Notes under the pieces: generated by a model | The model's input: only the letters and a program-made list of their open reading frames with translations | What the model was told of the DNA's origin: nothing | Databases searched by the model: none | Part shown: positions 28,160 through 39,452 of the stretch, piece by piece | Layout of the letters: each line of letters opens with the position of its first letter | Position numbering within the stretch: position 1 is the first letter of the stretch | Position numbers and translations under genes: made by a program | Origin: Massalongia carnosa | Taxonomy: Eukaryota | DNA length: 64,000 nt | Direction of reading: 5' to 3' | Assembly (NCBI GenBank): GCA_965645245.1 | Contig: OZ287078.1 | Span: forward strand, 434,001-498,000

Positions 28160-29053
28160 TCATCGCACTTCCGGCGTCGCAGCCGCAGCGACTTCAGCAT
28201 TCATGGGCGTAGCGTCCGTATCTATGGCTGGGGGCCTGCCCTCGAAGATACGCCGCCACCACGTAGGTGGGTCGAGAGGGCGCTGGTTGTCGTGCAGGGA
28301 GGGATAAACATCGCTGAAGAAGTACCAAACTGTGTTTTTTTTTGCGTTAACATCTTTGTCGTACTGTTTCATTAGGAGGTCAAGGGAGGACATACTGTGC
28401 CCAACGATAACGCCACAGATCTCGTCCTTGGGAATACTTCCATGTAGCACAAGGCTAAATGCCATCAATACCCATGGCAAGTAGGGCGCGGTGAAGACTA
28501 GCAGCCCCAGAAAACTTATGCGGGTTTCCGGGTTTCGGCGTGACCAAATGTACACCAAGCTACTGCTGAGGGCGGAGCCGAGAAACGGCATGGAGAAGAG
28601 GGGTGAGAGACAAAGCAGGATAGAGACGGCGTAGAGGAGGAGCCAAGAGAATTGAGCGGGAGAATGGCCAGAAGATTCTTCGATGAGGCGGGAGTACCGT
28701 TGCAGGAAGAAGAGGTGGAAGAGAAGGTCAAGCGACAGAGGGCCAAAATATATGAAGGTAGTGAAAAGACGCCAGTACTGATGTTGCAACCATCAGTTGT
28801 GGGGCTGGGGATCTGAAGGAATCCCTTAGAGTAAAGAGCTCACCTGGTTCTTGACGAACACGGCGCGGAAGCTATAGAAAAGCTGGAAGGGGGTAATGAT
28901 GTGGCATTGCACCAGGAATGAGGTCGCGAGGGTAGCGGCGGTCCACCAGCGTGTGCAGACTGGCATTTCGTAGAACCATTGCTCCAGCGGAAACTGTCCC
29001 ACTGCTCCTCCCCCTCGCCCGCCGCCTCCGCCAAGAAAGTTGTCCATGTCCAT
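28160..29053 (-). CDS. DER1: Derlin (ERAD rhomboid-like pseudoprotease)
   Basis: PLEQWFYEMPVCTRWW, QYWRLFTTFIYFG, RYSRLIEE, LVYIWSRRNP, APYLPWVLMAFS, GVIVGH. Two introns. Confidence 0.93.
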
Positions 29054-29705
29054 GTTTGCTTTTCGTTGAATGAAAGGGGATGGTATAATGTAGCCACGAG
29101 GAGCGGCGTGAGGAGTTAAAGAATCAAGAGTTTAGGAAAAGCAAGTGCCACACTTGCAGCCATTCCTAAGAGAAAGCCTTTTTGGGGGTCTTGAGATACA
29201 CCTGGCCTCAAGATGAGCAATCATGACAAGTATAAGCGATCAGCCTTATCGTATCATTGTTAATCCATCCCGCTTTGTGCATAACGCTAAACCTGTTTCG
29301 GTCGCTGCCAAGATCTAGGCTCTGGACTCGGTTAGTCGGCTCTATTTGTCAACGAACCTCTCTTCGGCGACAGCAGTCAAAAGAGAGTGGCTGGGGTCTG
29401 GGAAATAGCTACAAGTCACCTCTGGCTCCAGACATTGGGGATGTTTTTTGTGTATTTCACCTCAATTCACACCACGCAACAATGTTCATGACCCTCACTA
29501 CTCTGTGATAGCAATAATTCCAAGTGTGCGCTTCCTAACCGACGCGTCGCGAAGCCAGTCACATTCCTCGCTATCCATTTTGAGAGTCCATCAACATCAA
29601 ATTCTGCGAGCCTCGCGGTTCTCCTTCCGCTTCTCCGAATTCTGTATACGAGAATCGCGTTTCTGTGAATAGAGGCTCCTCCTGCAGCGAAAAATTCACA
29701 GTCCA

Positions 29706-30426
29706 ATGCCCCCAAAAAAAGCTGCTGGCGTTGCCCGTCCTCGAGGCCGGCCCTCCACTGGCAGAGCAGCCCCCGCGCGGAAAAAAACTTTCAACTCGAA
29801 GAAAAGAAAAAGTGATGGTACAAGACAAGGTGCGCGCGGCTTCTCCTTTGATACATTGCACGGGATACTTGCCTAGTACATGCGTTCTACCTTGAAATTC
29901 ACGATCGTTGTATCCTATTTGACCGCAATATCTGCAATTGCTCGTTGCGTCTTATAACACGATTAGGCAATTCAAACGCTGACCTATTAAGTAGACAACA
30001 ACGACGGCATAGCCCGCAAGTCAAAGCGCTACCGCCCGGGTACTGTCGCCCTCCGCGAGATCCGCCGCTATCAACGCTCCACCGACCTCCTCCTCCTCAA
30101 GCTTCCCTTCTCCCGCCTCGTAAGCCCCTTGCTTCCCCTCCAATCATCCAATCCCCAACACGAAAAAGCTTCATGTAATCTAACTAACCAAAAAAACGCC
30201 TCGGTAGGTTCGCGAAATCGCCCTCTCTATCGTCCCCACCGGCGGCGAGTCTTTGCGGTGGCAATCGCAAGCCATCCAAGCGCTCCAGGAGAGCTGCGAA
30301 GCCTTCCTGGTGCACCTCTTCGAAGATACGAACCTGTGCGCCATCCACGCGAAGCGCATCACAATCATGCAGAAAGACGTGCAGCTTGCAAGGAGGATTA
30401 GGGGGGCATGGGGTGGGTTAGGGTAA
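29706..30426 (+). CDS. CSE4: Centromeric histone H3 variant CenH3 (CENP-A/Cse4)
   Basis: Divergent basic N-terminal tail [19 protein letters not shown]. Histone fold [97 protein letters not shown]. The extended loop 1, LRWQS and LVHLFED distinguish it from canonical H3. Confidence 0.93.
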
Positions 30427-31736
30427 GCGCGAGGGGAAGAAGGGGTTTGGGGGACCGGGGTTAGAGCTAAAGGTGAAAGGGTCCGAGGTGTTTTTTCCTT
30501 TTCTCGTGTCTGGGTTGGTTCGGTTTAATTCCGTTGGCTGGGTTGCGAGAAAGTGGAGACATCCTATTGGGGGGAGGGCGCCTATGGGCTGTCATGTCGG
30601 GGTTTGGAGACTAGGAGAGAGGGGGATTTCGTTAGAGCTTGATACGAAGGAAAGTACTACTTATGTACTTATTCGTGTTCTGTACCTATGTATGTCCAAC
30701 GGCCGCCTGGTTCGCTACTTGGTTTCCCGGCTCTATCTATCATGTTTTCAGTCTATTTCTGTTGTCATTATCTCTGCGCTAAGTCTTCCTGGACGTTTGC
30801 GCTTTGCGCCTGCGCTTCTGTGTCGGGCTATCGAGGCAAGATTACAGTATAGCATGACATAGTCGATCCCGGATGGAAGGGGACATGGGGGGAGGGAGGG
30901 GGGCAAGGAACAAGTTTTGCTTTGAAACTTCCCCCTTCTCTACCTTCCTGGCTAGCTAGCTGGCTAATACGGGATGAACGAAAGTGAAGAAGAAGAAGAA
31001 GAAGCTGTAAAGGTAGTTGGGGAAGATAGGTACATAGGTTAAGAGGGAAGCAAGGCAGGGAGGGAGGGAAAAGGGGGCTCATTTCGGCGCGATTTTGAGG
31101 GGAGAGAGAAAGAGAGAGAGCTAGCCTGATGCTTGCGGATGGAAGTATGAATAGTTAGGCTAAGGGAAGGGGCCAAGGATGGAGGAAAGGTTAAAAGGGG
31201 AGTACAATTGAAAAATAGGAGCGGGGGTAGGTTGTACGACTCAGGAGGTGGGCCCAAGGGGGGGTAGTTTGAGAGGGAAGGGCGATGTACTCGTAAAGGA
31301 GGGGGGGTTTGTTTTGCCTGTCTTTTCCCGAGAAGGGAAAAGGTGGAGAGGGCGATAGGGAGGTAAGTAAGTAAACAGCTACCCCAGATCTACCAATCTG
31401 CCAATCTACCTAACAGCTCCTCTAGCAAAACCGAAAATGTACACATAGCTATAAATAATAAAGCAAAGGAAAACCCCTCCAAAGCCTTCGAGAAGAGACA
31501 TCAAGGTGGCAAATGGGGGGTTAAGGCCATATAGCTAACTTCTTACGCATTTCAGCGGCCGCCTTAACCAGTAGCGCTAGAGGTGTTTCGTTGGTCGAGA
31601 TAACCGTCCGTTTGGCACCCCATTCCTGGCCCCCCGAGATTCGTCCTGAGAGAGACATACAAGCAATAAAAGCCTGGTTCATGCCATATAAATCGTTCCT
31701 GAACGTCTATTATGACTTCTCCTCGCCATCAATTAA

Positions 31737-34293
31737 TCATCCTTCGCCATTCCCACCTCCCCACAGGCCTCCAGGCAAGCCCTCCGCGATCTCCCACCCT
31801 ACACCCCTCGCTTCGGCCGCCTCGTCCCATTTGCCAGCGACGTCGAGGGTATCGGCTAGCACTCCAGATGCCACGCTCCCCCACAACCGATCCTGACATT
31901 TCTGCGCCAGGTTGCGACTTGCCTGTGCGCTCTTCTCCGCTTGTCCGCCGACGACGCCCTTGAAAAAGAGCCAGGACATGACGTTCAGCGTAACACACAT
32001 GAGCTGGTTGTTGGCGCTCTGCTTGGCGAGCTGTAGCGCGGAGTGGAGGTGCTGTTTTGTGCGGAGGATGGTCGGAGGTGGCTGATGATGTAGTGATGAG
32101 GAGGTGGAAGAAGATGGAGGGCAGGTTGCTAAGAGAAGGTGGTGGGCGGCGAGGAGGGCTTTATTGGATTTTGATTGGGGTGCAGAAATAGGGGTAGTGA
32201 CGGCGGCGAGGAGGGTGGGAAGCAGATGATGGGATGGGTTGGTTGGAGAGCGGATTATGAGAAGGGTATTGAGCGCGGACAGAATAATGAGATCATGGTG
32301 GAGGGGGGAGATAAGGGACGGCTTTGTAGAGGGAGAGAGGGGGACGACGAGAGAAGAGGATTGAAAGATGGAGAGAGCGATGGAGAGGTTGCCAGTGCCT
32401 TGGTGAATGACGCCAGACAGGTAAAGAATTTGGATGGATAAAGGGGTAGCAGCGCTTGAGAGGGAGAGAGTGGATGCTGTTTCGTTTAGTTGGCGGAGTT
32501 GCTCCTGGGCTTCGATCCAGGCCGTGCGGGCACAGAGAGCGAAAGCAAGGTGGAGTTGCAGCTGGCAATTTAGGTGTTGCCGCCAGGCATTTCGGGATGC
32601 TGCGGCTTCGATTGGTTGCGGGCTCTGACGTGGCTGCTGCAGAATTTCTGATAATCTGGGTTAGTAGGTTTCAGTATTCCTACAATCTACTTAGGATACT
32701 GACTAGCATGTGATCGCAGCCCTTCCTTGAACATTTGCTCTGCTTTCTGACCGTCCATTGTGTTCCGGTGAGCCATCGCTATGCCACTTAGTAGGCAGCC
32801 GAGCGTGTAAACATCTTCCCTCAGCATCCAATTGAAAATTAATACCGTCTTTCCGTCAGGCAAATATTGTAGAACGCCACTATTGAATTTCGTCCCTAAT
32901 GAGCCTCCGTGAGCAACGGAGATGGCGAATACGCCGTCATCAGCTTGAGAATGGTCTTCACGCAAGGCCTCCAAAGTAGTCTGCAGAGCTTGCATTTTCG
33001 CCACTGCCTGGCCGGAATCAAACTTTAGCAGCGTAGAGCAGAGATCCACGAATTGCATCAAAGCCGCGAGGTGTGGGAGCGAACCAACAGCGGGATCTAA
33101 CTGTTGGCTTCTGGCAACAGCCAGAGCACGTTGAGCGTGTTCAATGTTTTCATTACTGTTAGATTGGCGCAAGTGGATCATAGCCTCCATGGTTGTTGCC
33201 ATGGCGAGAATTGCTTTATCGCCATGTTCGTTTGAGAGAGCGGCAATACTCCTGATATGGCTCAATGCAGAGAGAGTATCTGGATGAGTTGCGAGTTCAA
33301 GTGATAAAGATACTCGAAGAAATCTAAATGCATATATCCAAGCAATATGCTGATAGCTGTACTAACTTAGTTGGTTTTCTCATCAAGGCATGGAGACGCT
33401 CACGCCACGACATCTTCAATTATCCCGTCTAAGAATTTGAGAGAGGCACGTGAATTCTGCTGAAACAACACTCGGGCCAGCAGATGTTGCATATTATATT
33501 TCAGATCGAAGAATTTGTGCTTGATGATACTTTAGGTAGATTCGCTAAATTTAGATGGGCTTCACCTACTCTATCGCATATGATAATCTATATGTAATTT
33601 AGCATTTGGATAGATGGGGTTCGATAAATGAAATACCCCTTTATTCAACGCTTCTTCGGCTTCAGTCGCATTGTCTGTCTCCTCGTGCAAAACTGTTGCG
33701 TATTTTAAACGTACCGCCGCTTCCAGCTGAGGTTGTAACCTCCAATTCTGATTCCCGTTTAGATACTTTTCTGATGCCTGAAACCAAGATCCTACCGTGA
33801 GAACTGCCTCGAGACATCCTAAACCAGTGGCAATAAGTTTGTAATAGGTTTGCATATCCGCATCCCTTCTCCCAAACGCCATCAGTGAGCCATCACCATG
33901 GGCCGCTACAAAGTAATCTTCGGCGAGCGACAGAAGAAGTAGTTGATGGTCTAGAGGGGGAGCTGCTGGTATTGATTGTAAAACAGCTCCGTTTGGCTGA
34001 GCTGTCCCCGTATGGGCGGGTATTAGACTTGACACTGACCCATTCGGGGTGCCTGATGGCCATGGCCGGTAGACCGGACCAGTTTGTTGCGGCCACAGCT
34101 TTATCTCATCGACAGACTCGTATTTTGATGCGACATGACTGTTCTGCAAGAACGCGGTACCGTTGTCGCTAAAAACGGACTCGTCATTAGAGGACCGGAT
34201 GTCTTGGTATTGGGGAGCGGTACAGGGAAATTCCGTGGTATATGTTGGGACAGTGACATTCGACCTCTCGGACGGGTAGGCCATGAATCCCAA
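31737..34293 (-). CDS. Cohesin loader subunit Scc4/MAU2/Ssl3-like TPR protein, multi-exon
   Basis: LLLSLAEDYFVAAH, YYKLIATGLGCLEAVL and EAAVRLKYATVLHEETDNATEAEEALNKG match the fungal cohesin-loading-factor N-terminus. Helical repeat exons continue to the stop at 31737. Confidence 0.8.
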
Positions 34294-34549
34294 GAGTCAT
34301 CCTATCGAGCCAGATAAGATCTCGTCTGTATACGCTTTCACATCCTCGACTTGACGAGATACCTATTTCTATTTCGCGACTTGGATCTTCCGATAAGATT
34401 GAGCGCGCCCACTCGCCCGCGTGCCCTAACTATCAATTGAGCAAGGGCCGAGGCTAATTATTAAACGAGTCATCCAACAATGTAGTCACGGGACTTACAT
34501 GAATATTATTTTGTCTCTTCACCCAAGGCGTTGATATTCACACTTCAAC

Positions 34550-36114
34550 ATGGATATCTGGCGGCTTTTTGGATACGCCAAAGCCTCATTCCATCACGCC
34601 CCTAGCACGATTAAATTAAGCTCCAAAGACGGGATGAAGACAGATTTGTTGGAGATCTGCAAAACCGCTACTCCCCCATGCAGACTGAATCCGTTCTTGT
34701 TCAATGGACATCTACAAACATTCTGGACAGCGGTCAAAAGTCAGGTGGTTCCCATTTACTACAAGCGTAAGATATTCGACGCCGAGGATCCTGCGTTTGC
34801 GGGAACGTTCGCCGTAGATTTCGTTGTTCCCTCCTATTCCGAGACGGATGAATTCCTGCCACCCAGGACCACGTTCTACAAAAACCTTGAACTCGAAGAG
34901 CTTGGGTCTCTAGATGCCAAGCCAATGCTAGTCACGCTACATGGTCTAAGTGGTGGCTCCCATGAAGTGTATTTACAATGTGTTCTACAACCAATCTTTG
35001 GTGAAGGCTGGGAGGCATGCGTAATCAATGCCAGAGGCTGCGCAATGAGCTCGATTACTAGCGGCGTGCTCTATAACGCACGAGCAACATGGGATATACG
35101 ACAAGTTGTGAAATGGTTGAGGAAGACGTTTCCAAATCGGCCCCTATTCGGGGTTGGATACTCGTTGGGTGGCAACATCCTCGTTAATGTACGTCCAGTA
35201 GATGAGCTGCGCCCATAATCGGGCATTGTAGACCTGATAATAGCTCCGCATTACTATAGTATCTTGGAGAAGAAGGTGCAAGCTGTGAGTTGAAAGGAGC
35301 GGTGGTATGCTCGAACCCATGGAATCTTGATGTTGGGTCAAAAGCGCTCCAGCGATCCTGGATTGGGCTAGAAGTGTACTCAAGAACGATGGGATCCAAT
35401 ATGAAGGGCTTATTTGATACGTCTGTCTTTCTTCTAGGCTGCACACATAAGGTATTAGCTGACACATGATGGCAGTCATATCGAAGAGATTCGGAAAAAC
35501 ACTCGAGTCGACATCGCCAAGGTACAAAAAGTCAGATATCTGCATGATTTTGACAGGTAGTCCCCACACATAGAAGCTATCTTCGAAGCTGAAGCGCCAT
35601 AGGGAGGTTCAAGGACCAACGTGGGGATATCCCACCGAAGGCGCGTATTATCGTGATGCTTCCTCTTGTGATACCCTTCTGGCTGTAAAGGTACCTCTTT
35701 TTGCCATACATGCCGAAGACGACCCAGTACATTGAAGTCTGCCCCGTGTTCTGTCCTTTCCTTACTTTGGTGCAGATTGCCGTTACGGAGGCCCTCCCTC
35801 TACAGGAAATCGGCCAAAACCCCTTTGTCGTAATGTGTACCACTTCCCTAGGTGGACATCTTAGCTGGTTTGAGCTTGGTGGTGGGAGGTGGTTCGCGAA
35901 GCCAGTGAGACGCATTTGTTAATTCGAAAATCTTACCTTGCTGATCAAACACTACTAGATAATCCAATTCCTTACGAGAATGGTTGAAAATATCGATCTT
36001 ACCAAACCACGAGAGTATGATGATCCACATCCTCTTGTCGACCTCGAGGTACCAAACAAGGCTTTATCGTTTGAGCCGCTACGACGGAAGCTCCAGGTAA
36101 ATATCAAGTATTAG
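34550..36114 (+). CDS. Alpha/beta hydrolase, Eht1/Eeb1/YMR210W (ABHD1-3) family acyltransferase/esterase, multi-exon
   Basis: LNPFLFNGHLQT, LHGLSGGSHE, INARGCA, nucleophile motif GYSLGGNIL, HAEDDP and GGHLSWFE. Confidence 0.9.
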
Positions 36115-36165
36115 GCGAAGCCTCTCTTTATAGTAAACCTAGACGTATAGATTTGTACAACTGCT

Positions 36166-36860
36166 TCATGCGAAAGAGACTCGCTTTCGACTAGCTTTGG
36201 CGTCCTTCGCAACAGTTGCCACGGAATCAACGAGTATTTGATCAGCGTCAGCGTGAGAGCTTCGCTTCCGCTTTCGGCGCATAGAATCCTTAGTGTCCTC
36301 CTAAGTAATTCTTAGCACATCTCAAAAGCCAATTAAGACTAGACGTATATACCAGTTTCAGTCTCCTTTGTTCCTGCTTCACTTCCGCTTCTTTCCGCCT
36401 TGCTTCTCTTATCTCCTCCATTTGTCTGCTCTTCATCATCTTGCTCTCAATTTGGCCCTCCTTGTTCGCATTGACTATCGCAAGGATTGTCATCATACTC
36501 TCCTAGCCATGGGGAAGCTGTAAGCGTCACATCTTAGAGTGCGAATCCGTTCCCTTCGAACTAACGTACTTGATCGTCTACAAACACTTTGCCCTTCTTC
36601 TTGCCCTTGGGTAATTCCACCCCCACAGGAGTTATCATGTTCAGCTGCGGAACTCCTAACTCTTTATCGGTATAGAATCTCCGTTTCTTCTTGACAGGAC
36701 CAGCCGCAGATTTAGTCTTCTGTTGTTTTGGAGGGGGGGCTTTAAACTTCTTTGAAACTCGACTTTTTGTATCTTGGGATCTAAAGTTTTTTGAACCTTT
36801 GCTGCCTTTATCGCTTTTGCTGGTACTTAGCTTGTTTTTAATAGTCTTCGTAGGAGCCAT
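36166..36860 (-). CDS. LOC1: 60S ribosomal subunit assembly/export protein Loc1, three exons
   Basis: MAPTKT start, [53 protein letters not shown], ending VSFA*. Confidence 0.88.
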
Positions 36861-38166
36861 TTTTGGTGACTTGTTGATTACAGTTGGTGTTAGTGTTAAA
36901 TATTCATTTTTTAGACTTTCATCAAAAGGAATGCGCTGAACCCGCGCTAACGATACCACTTATGCGGGGAGAACAATTCATTTACGATATTTTGCGCTCA
37001 CCTTTAAGCCCTATGCCGTTTCTATACTTCCTAATTCCAAAACTACAATTAAATGAAGCTCCCACCGTTTGCTCTATTAATGCTTTCTTCTGCCGCTTTC
37101 TGCGACCATCCTAACTCATCACTCTATTAGTACAATAACACCTTCAGTGACAGACCTAACCCGACACGAACTACAGAAGAGGACTATGGACTCAGTACGC
37201 CAACCCGGTCATCGTTATCTAACCAAGCGAGGCCTCCTCTAGCCATACACTGGCTCCGGGGTTCGACTGCCAACACTATAACTTGTTGACTAAGAAACAC
37301 CTAGCGCCAGAGAACAAGAGTTTATACAAAAGGATGTCTCCCGGTCTAATCCGAACAACCTTCAGGAAATGTACCGTGGGCTGCACAACTGTCTCTCTCT
37401 CCGCCTGCCGCAAGATGCGGTGACAGAGCAGTAAATGATCGTCTTAAATACTTCACCGACGTTCTTCTGAGCCTGGTCCGAAAGGGTCCATTAGCCGTGT
37501 TCACAAAGCAAACTCTCAAAGTCAAAGTGCGGGGATTTGCGGCATTGCATGATCAGAAAATCACTTTCACCGGTAAACATGTCCGTGGGACTGCTGAGCA
37601 GAGGCTGCTGCGCTGTAGATGTCGAAGCAGAGAATACCTGGCGAAGATCGAGGACCATCACGTAAAAACTATCGAGCATTCCCAGCTCATGGGTATTGAA
37701 GACGCTGCATATGTATCCCCTGAATGCAACGTTGTCGGTAAACAGCTGGGCAGCTGGATGGCGCAGTCCAGAAACTTATGCGTAAGGCAGGAATAACAAG
37801 TCTTCCATATATTCTCTTTCAGTGTACTCGTAGTCAACAAGGTCTCTACAACCCCTCGAGACTTGGAGTGACTGTGTTATCGTACGGTGCATTTACACCT
37901 TGCTCAAACAAGTCATCTTTGCTCAATAAGTTAGTAGTTTTCTAAAGCGCCAGATCTCTTATCTTGCGGAAGAAGACGAATTGTAAGGACAGATAAAGCA
38001 TCTGGGTCACAGTCCTTGGTACGAGGTTTTTTTGGGGCGGCTTCAACAAGACCGGTTCATGCAACCCATTTTCTCTATGAAAGAACATTGATACAGAGTT
38101 TGCAATTCGGCGAACTTCGATCTAGCGAAGCTGCTCACGGCGCACAAGGCATTGGCGCATAGGTGG

Positions 38167-39452
38167 CACGCGAGGGACAAAAAAAAACTACACCAAAATT
38201 TAACCGGGTTCAACCCCCACCAGCAATTTACATACAATTTTGATGGGATAATCACCATTTCAACAATCAGTCATCCAATTCATTCAATCTATTCAATAAC
38301 CAGTCATTTTACCCTCACCATCCAAAACAGCTCTCAATCTATCTGGCATAGTAGACACCCGTTCATTGATAAATGCCTGAGAAACGTTCGCCCACCACTC
38401 ATAAATTAGCCCCTTGGTCGTACTATCATCCCAATGAGGATATTTTTTTAAATATTGCTTCGGGGCCTGCCAGCAATTTTCTATGGGGGCCAAATCAGGT
38501 GTACATGAATAGTTGAAATAGTGCTTCAGATCGTTGTTCTGCTTCCGAGTGCGTACAATGTTTGATTTGCCTGGCCCATGTCCAGAATCACCGTCTTCTT
38601 CTAAGACGAAATCGTGTTTTGCTTCAATCCAGGGCTTCACAATAGGCTCCAATATAGAGTCGATATAGACTCGTTGACTCATCTTTCCATTGAAGTTTCC
38701 AGGAACTTTGTAAAAGTAGATATCTGACTTGAAGTCATGACCTGCTGCAGCCCAACAATGATGTCTCTTCTTGACGGCCTCGTCTGGCTCATCTGCTTCT
38801 TGAATACAATCATGACAATAACGTTCACCTAATCTTCGTATGATACGTAATTTGCCCTGAGGTCCCCATCCAAAGTGCACTTCGTCGCTAAATCGAACTT
38901 GTTTCCAGTCTTCTGCATTTGGATATCTAGAAAGCATAGCATCTGACCACTTCATACGAAGCTTTCTTGTCTTCTCCTTCACCCATCCCTTTCTCCACGC
39001 AATGCATTTGTGATAATCCATGGTGCCCATGATTCGTTGAATGGTTTTGCCACTGCAGTCTAGGCCCACTTCGAAGCCCAATTGCTCCCATGTAAGAGCG
39101 CGCGCCTCCATACCTTCTTCTTCCAATAGCCGTTCCATTTCTCTAATCAATTTAGGTGTAACAATTTTGTGACGCCCACGAGCTTCAGAAACATCGGAAT
39201 TATTATGATGACGGCGTGATGAGGCTCCTTCACGCAGGTATGCATAGCCCCTCGTACGTTCCACATCAAATGTGCGAAAAACATCCGCTTTGTGATAAGA
39301 AATGCCTTGCTTTTCGCAAAATTCAACGGCTCCCTGAATTTTAGCTTTGGTAGGAGTCTCGATATGTTTAGAATTCATAACAATGATGATTATCCCATCA
39401 AAATCGTATGTAAATTGAAAATTTGGTGTAGTTTTTTTTTGTCCCCCGCGTG
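38167..39452 (-). mobile_element. 1286-bp autonomous Tc1/IS630-type DNA transposon with CACGCG termini and a 5-bp TSD (GGTGG)
   Basis: Outer TIR 38167-38201 vs 39418-39452 match at 33/35. Inner TIR segment 38224-38259 vs 39382-39417 match at 34/36. GGTGG at 38162-38166 and 39453-39457. Encloses an intact transposase ORF. Confidence 0.93.
38293..39378 (-). CDS. Tc1-like DDE transposase, DD37E, 361 aa, uninterrupted
   Basis: Probable start MNSKHIETPTK just inside the TIR. HTH-like N-terminus, then WKQVRFSDEVHF (first D), VLEEDGDSGH (second D) and 37 residues to PDLAPIENCW (E), the Tc1 SPDLNPIENxW signature. C-terminal MPDRLRAVLDGEGKMTGY resembles the Tc1-family tail. Confidence 0.92.
   Translation of the reverse strand: MNSKHIETPTKAKIQGAVEFCEKQGISYHKADVFRTFDVERTRGYAYLREGASSRRHHNNSDVSEARGRHKIVTPKLIREMERLLEEEGMEARALTWEQLGFEVGLDCSGKTIQRIMGTMDYHKCIAWRKGWVKEKTRKLRMKWSDAMLSRYPNAEDWKQVRFSDEVHFGWGPQGKLRIIRRLGERYCHDCIQEADEPDEAVKKRHHCWAAAGHDFKSDIYFYKVPGNFNGKMSQRVYIDSILEPIVKPWIEAKHDFVLEEDGDSGHGPGKSNIVRTRKQNNDLKHYFNYSCTPDLAPIENCWQAPKQYLKKYPHWDDSTTKGLIYEWWANVSQAFINERVSTMPDRLRAVLDGEGKMTGY

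Noticed and set aside
37245..37275. GGTTCGACT as a possible tRNA T-loop
   Set aside because: No T-stem, acceptor stem or D-arm pairing around it, and it lies within the kinase pseudogene.
38167..39452. Classification as Transib because of CAC ends and a 5-bp TSD
   Set aside because: The protein is short (361 aa) with Tc1-type DD37E motifs and lacks the large insertion domain and long D-to-E spacing of Transib/RAG1 cores.
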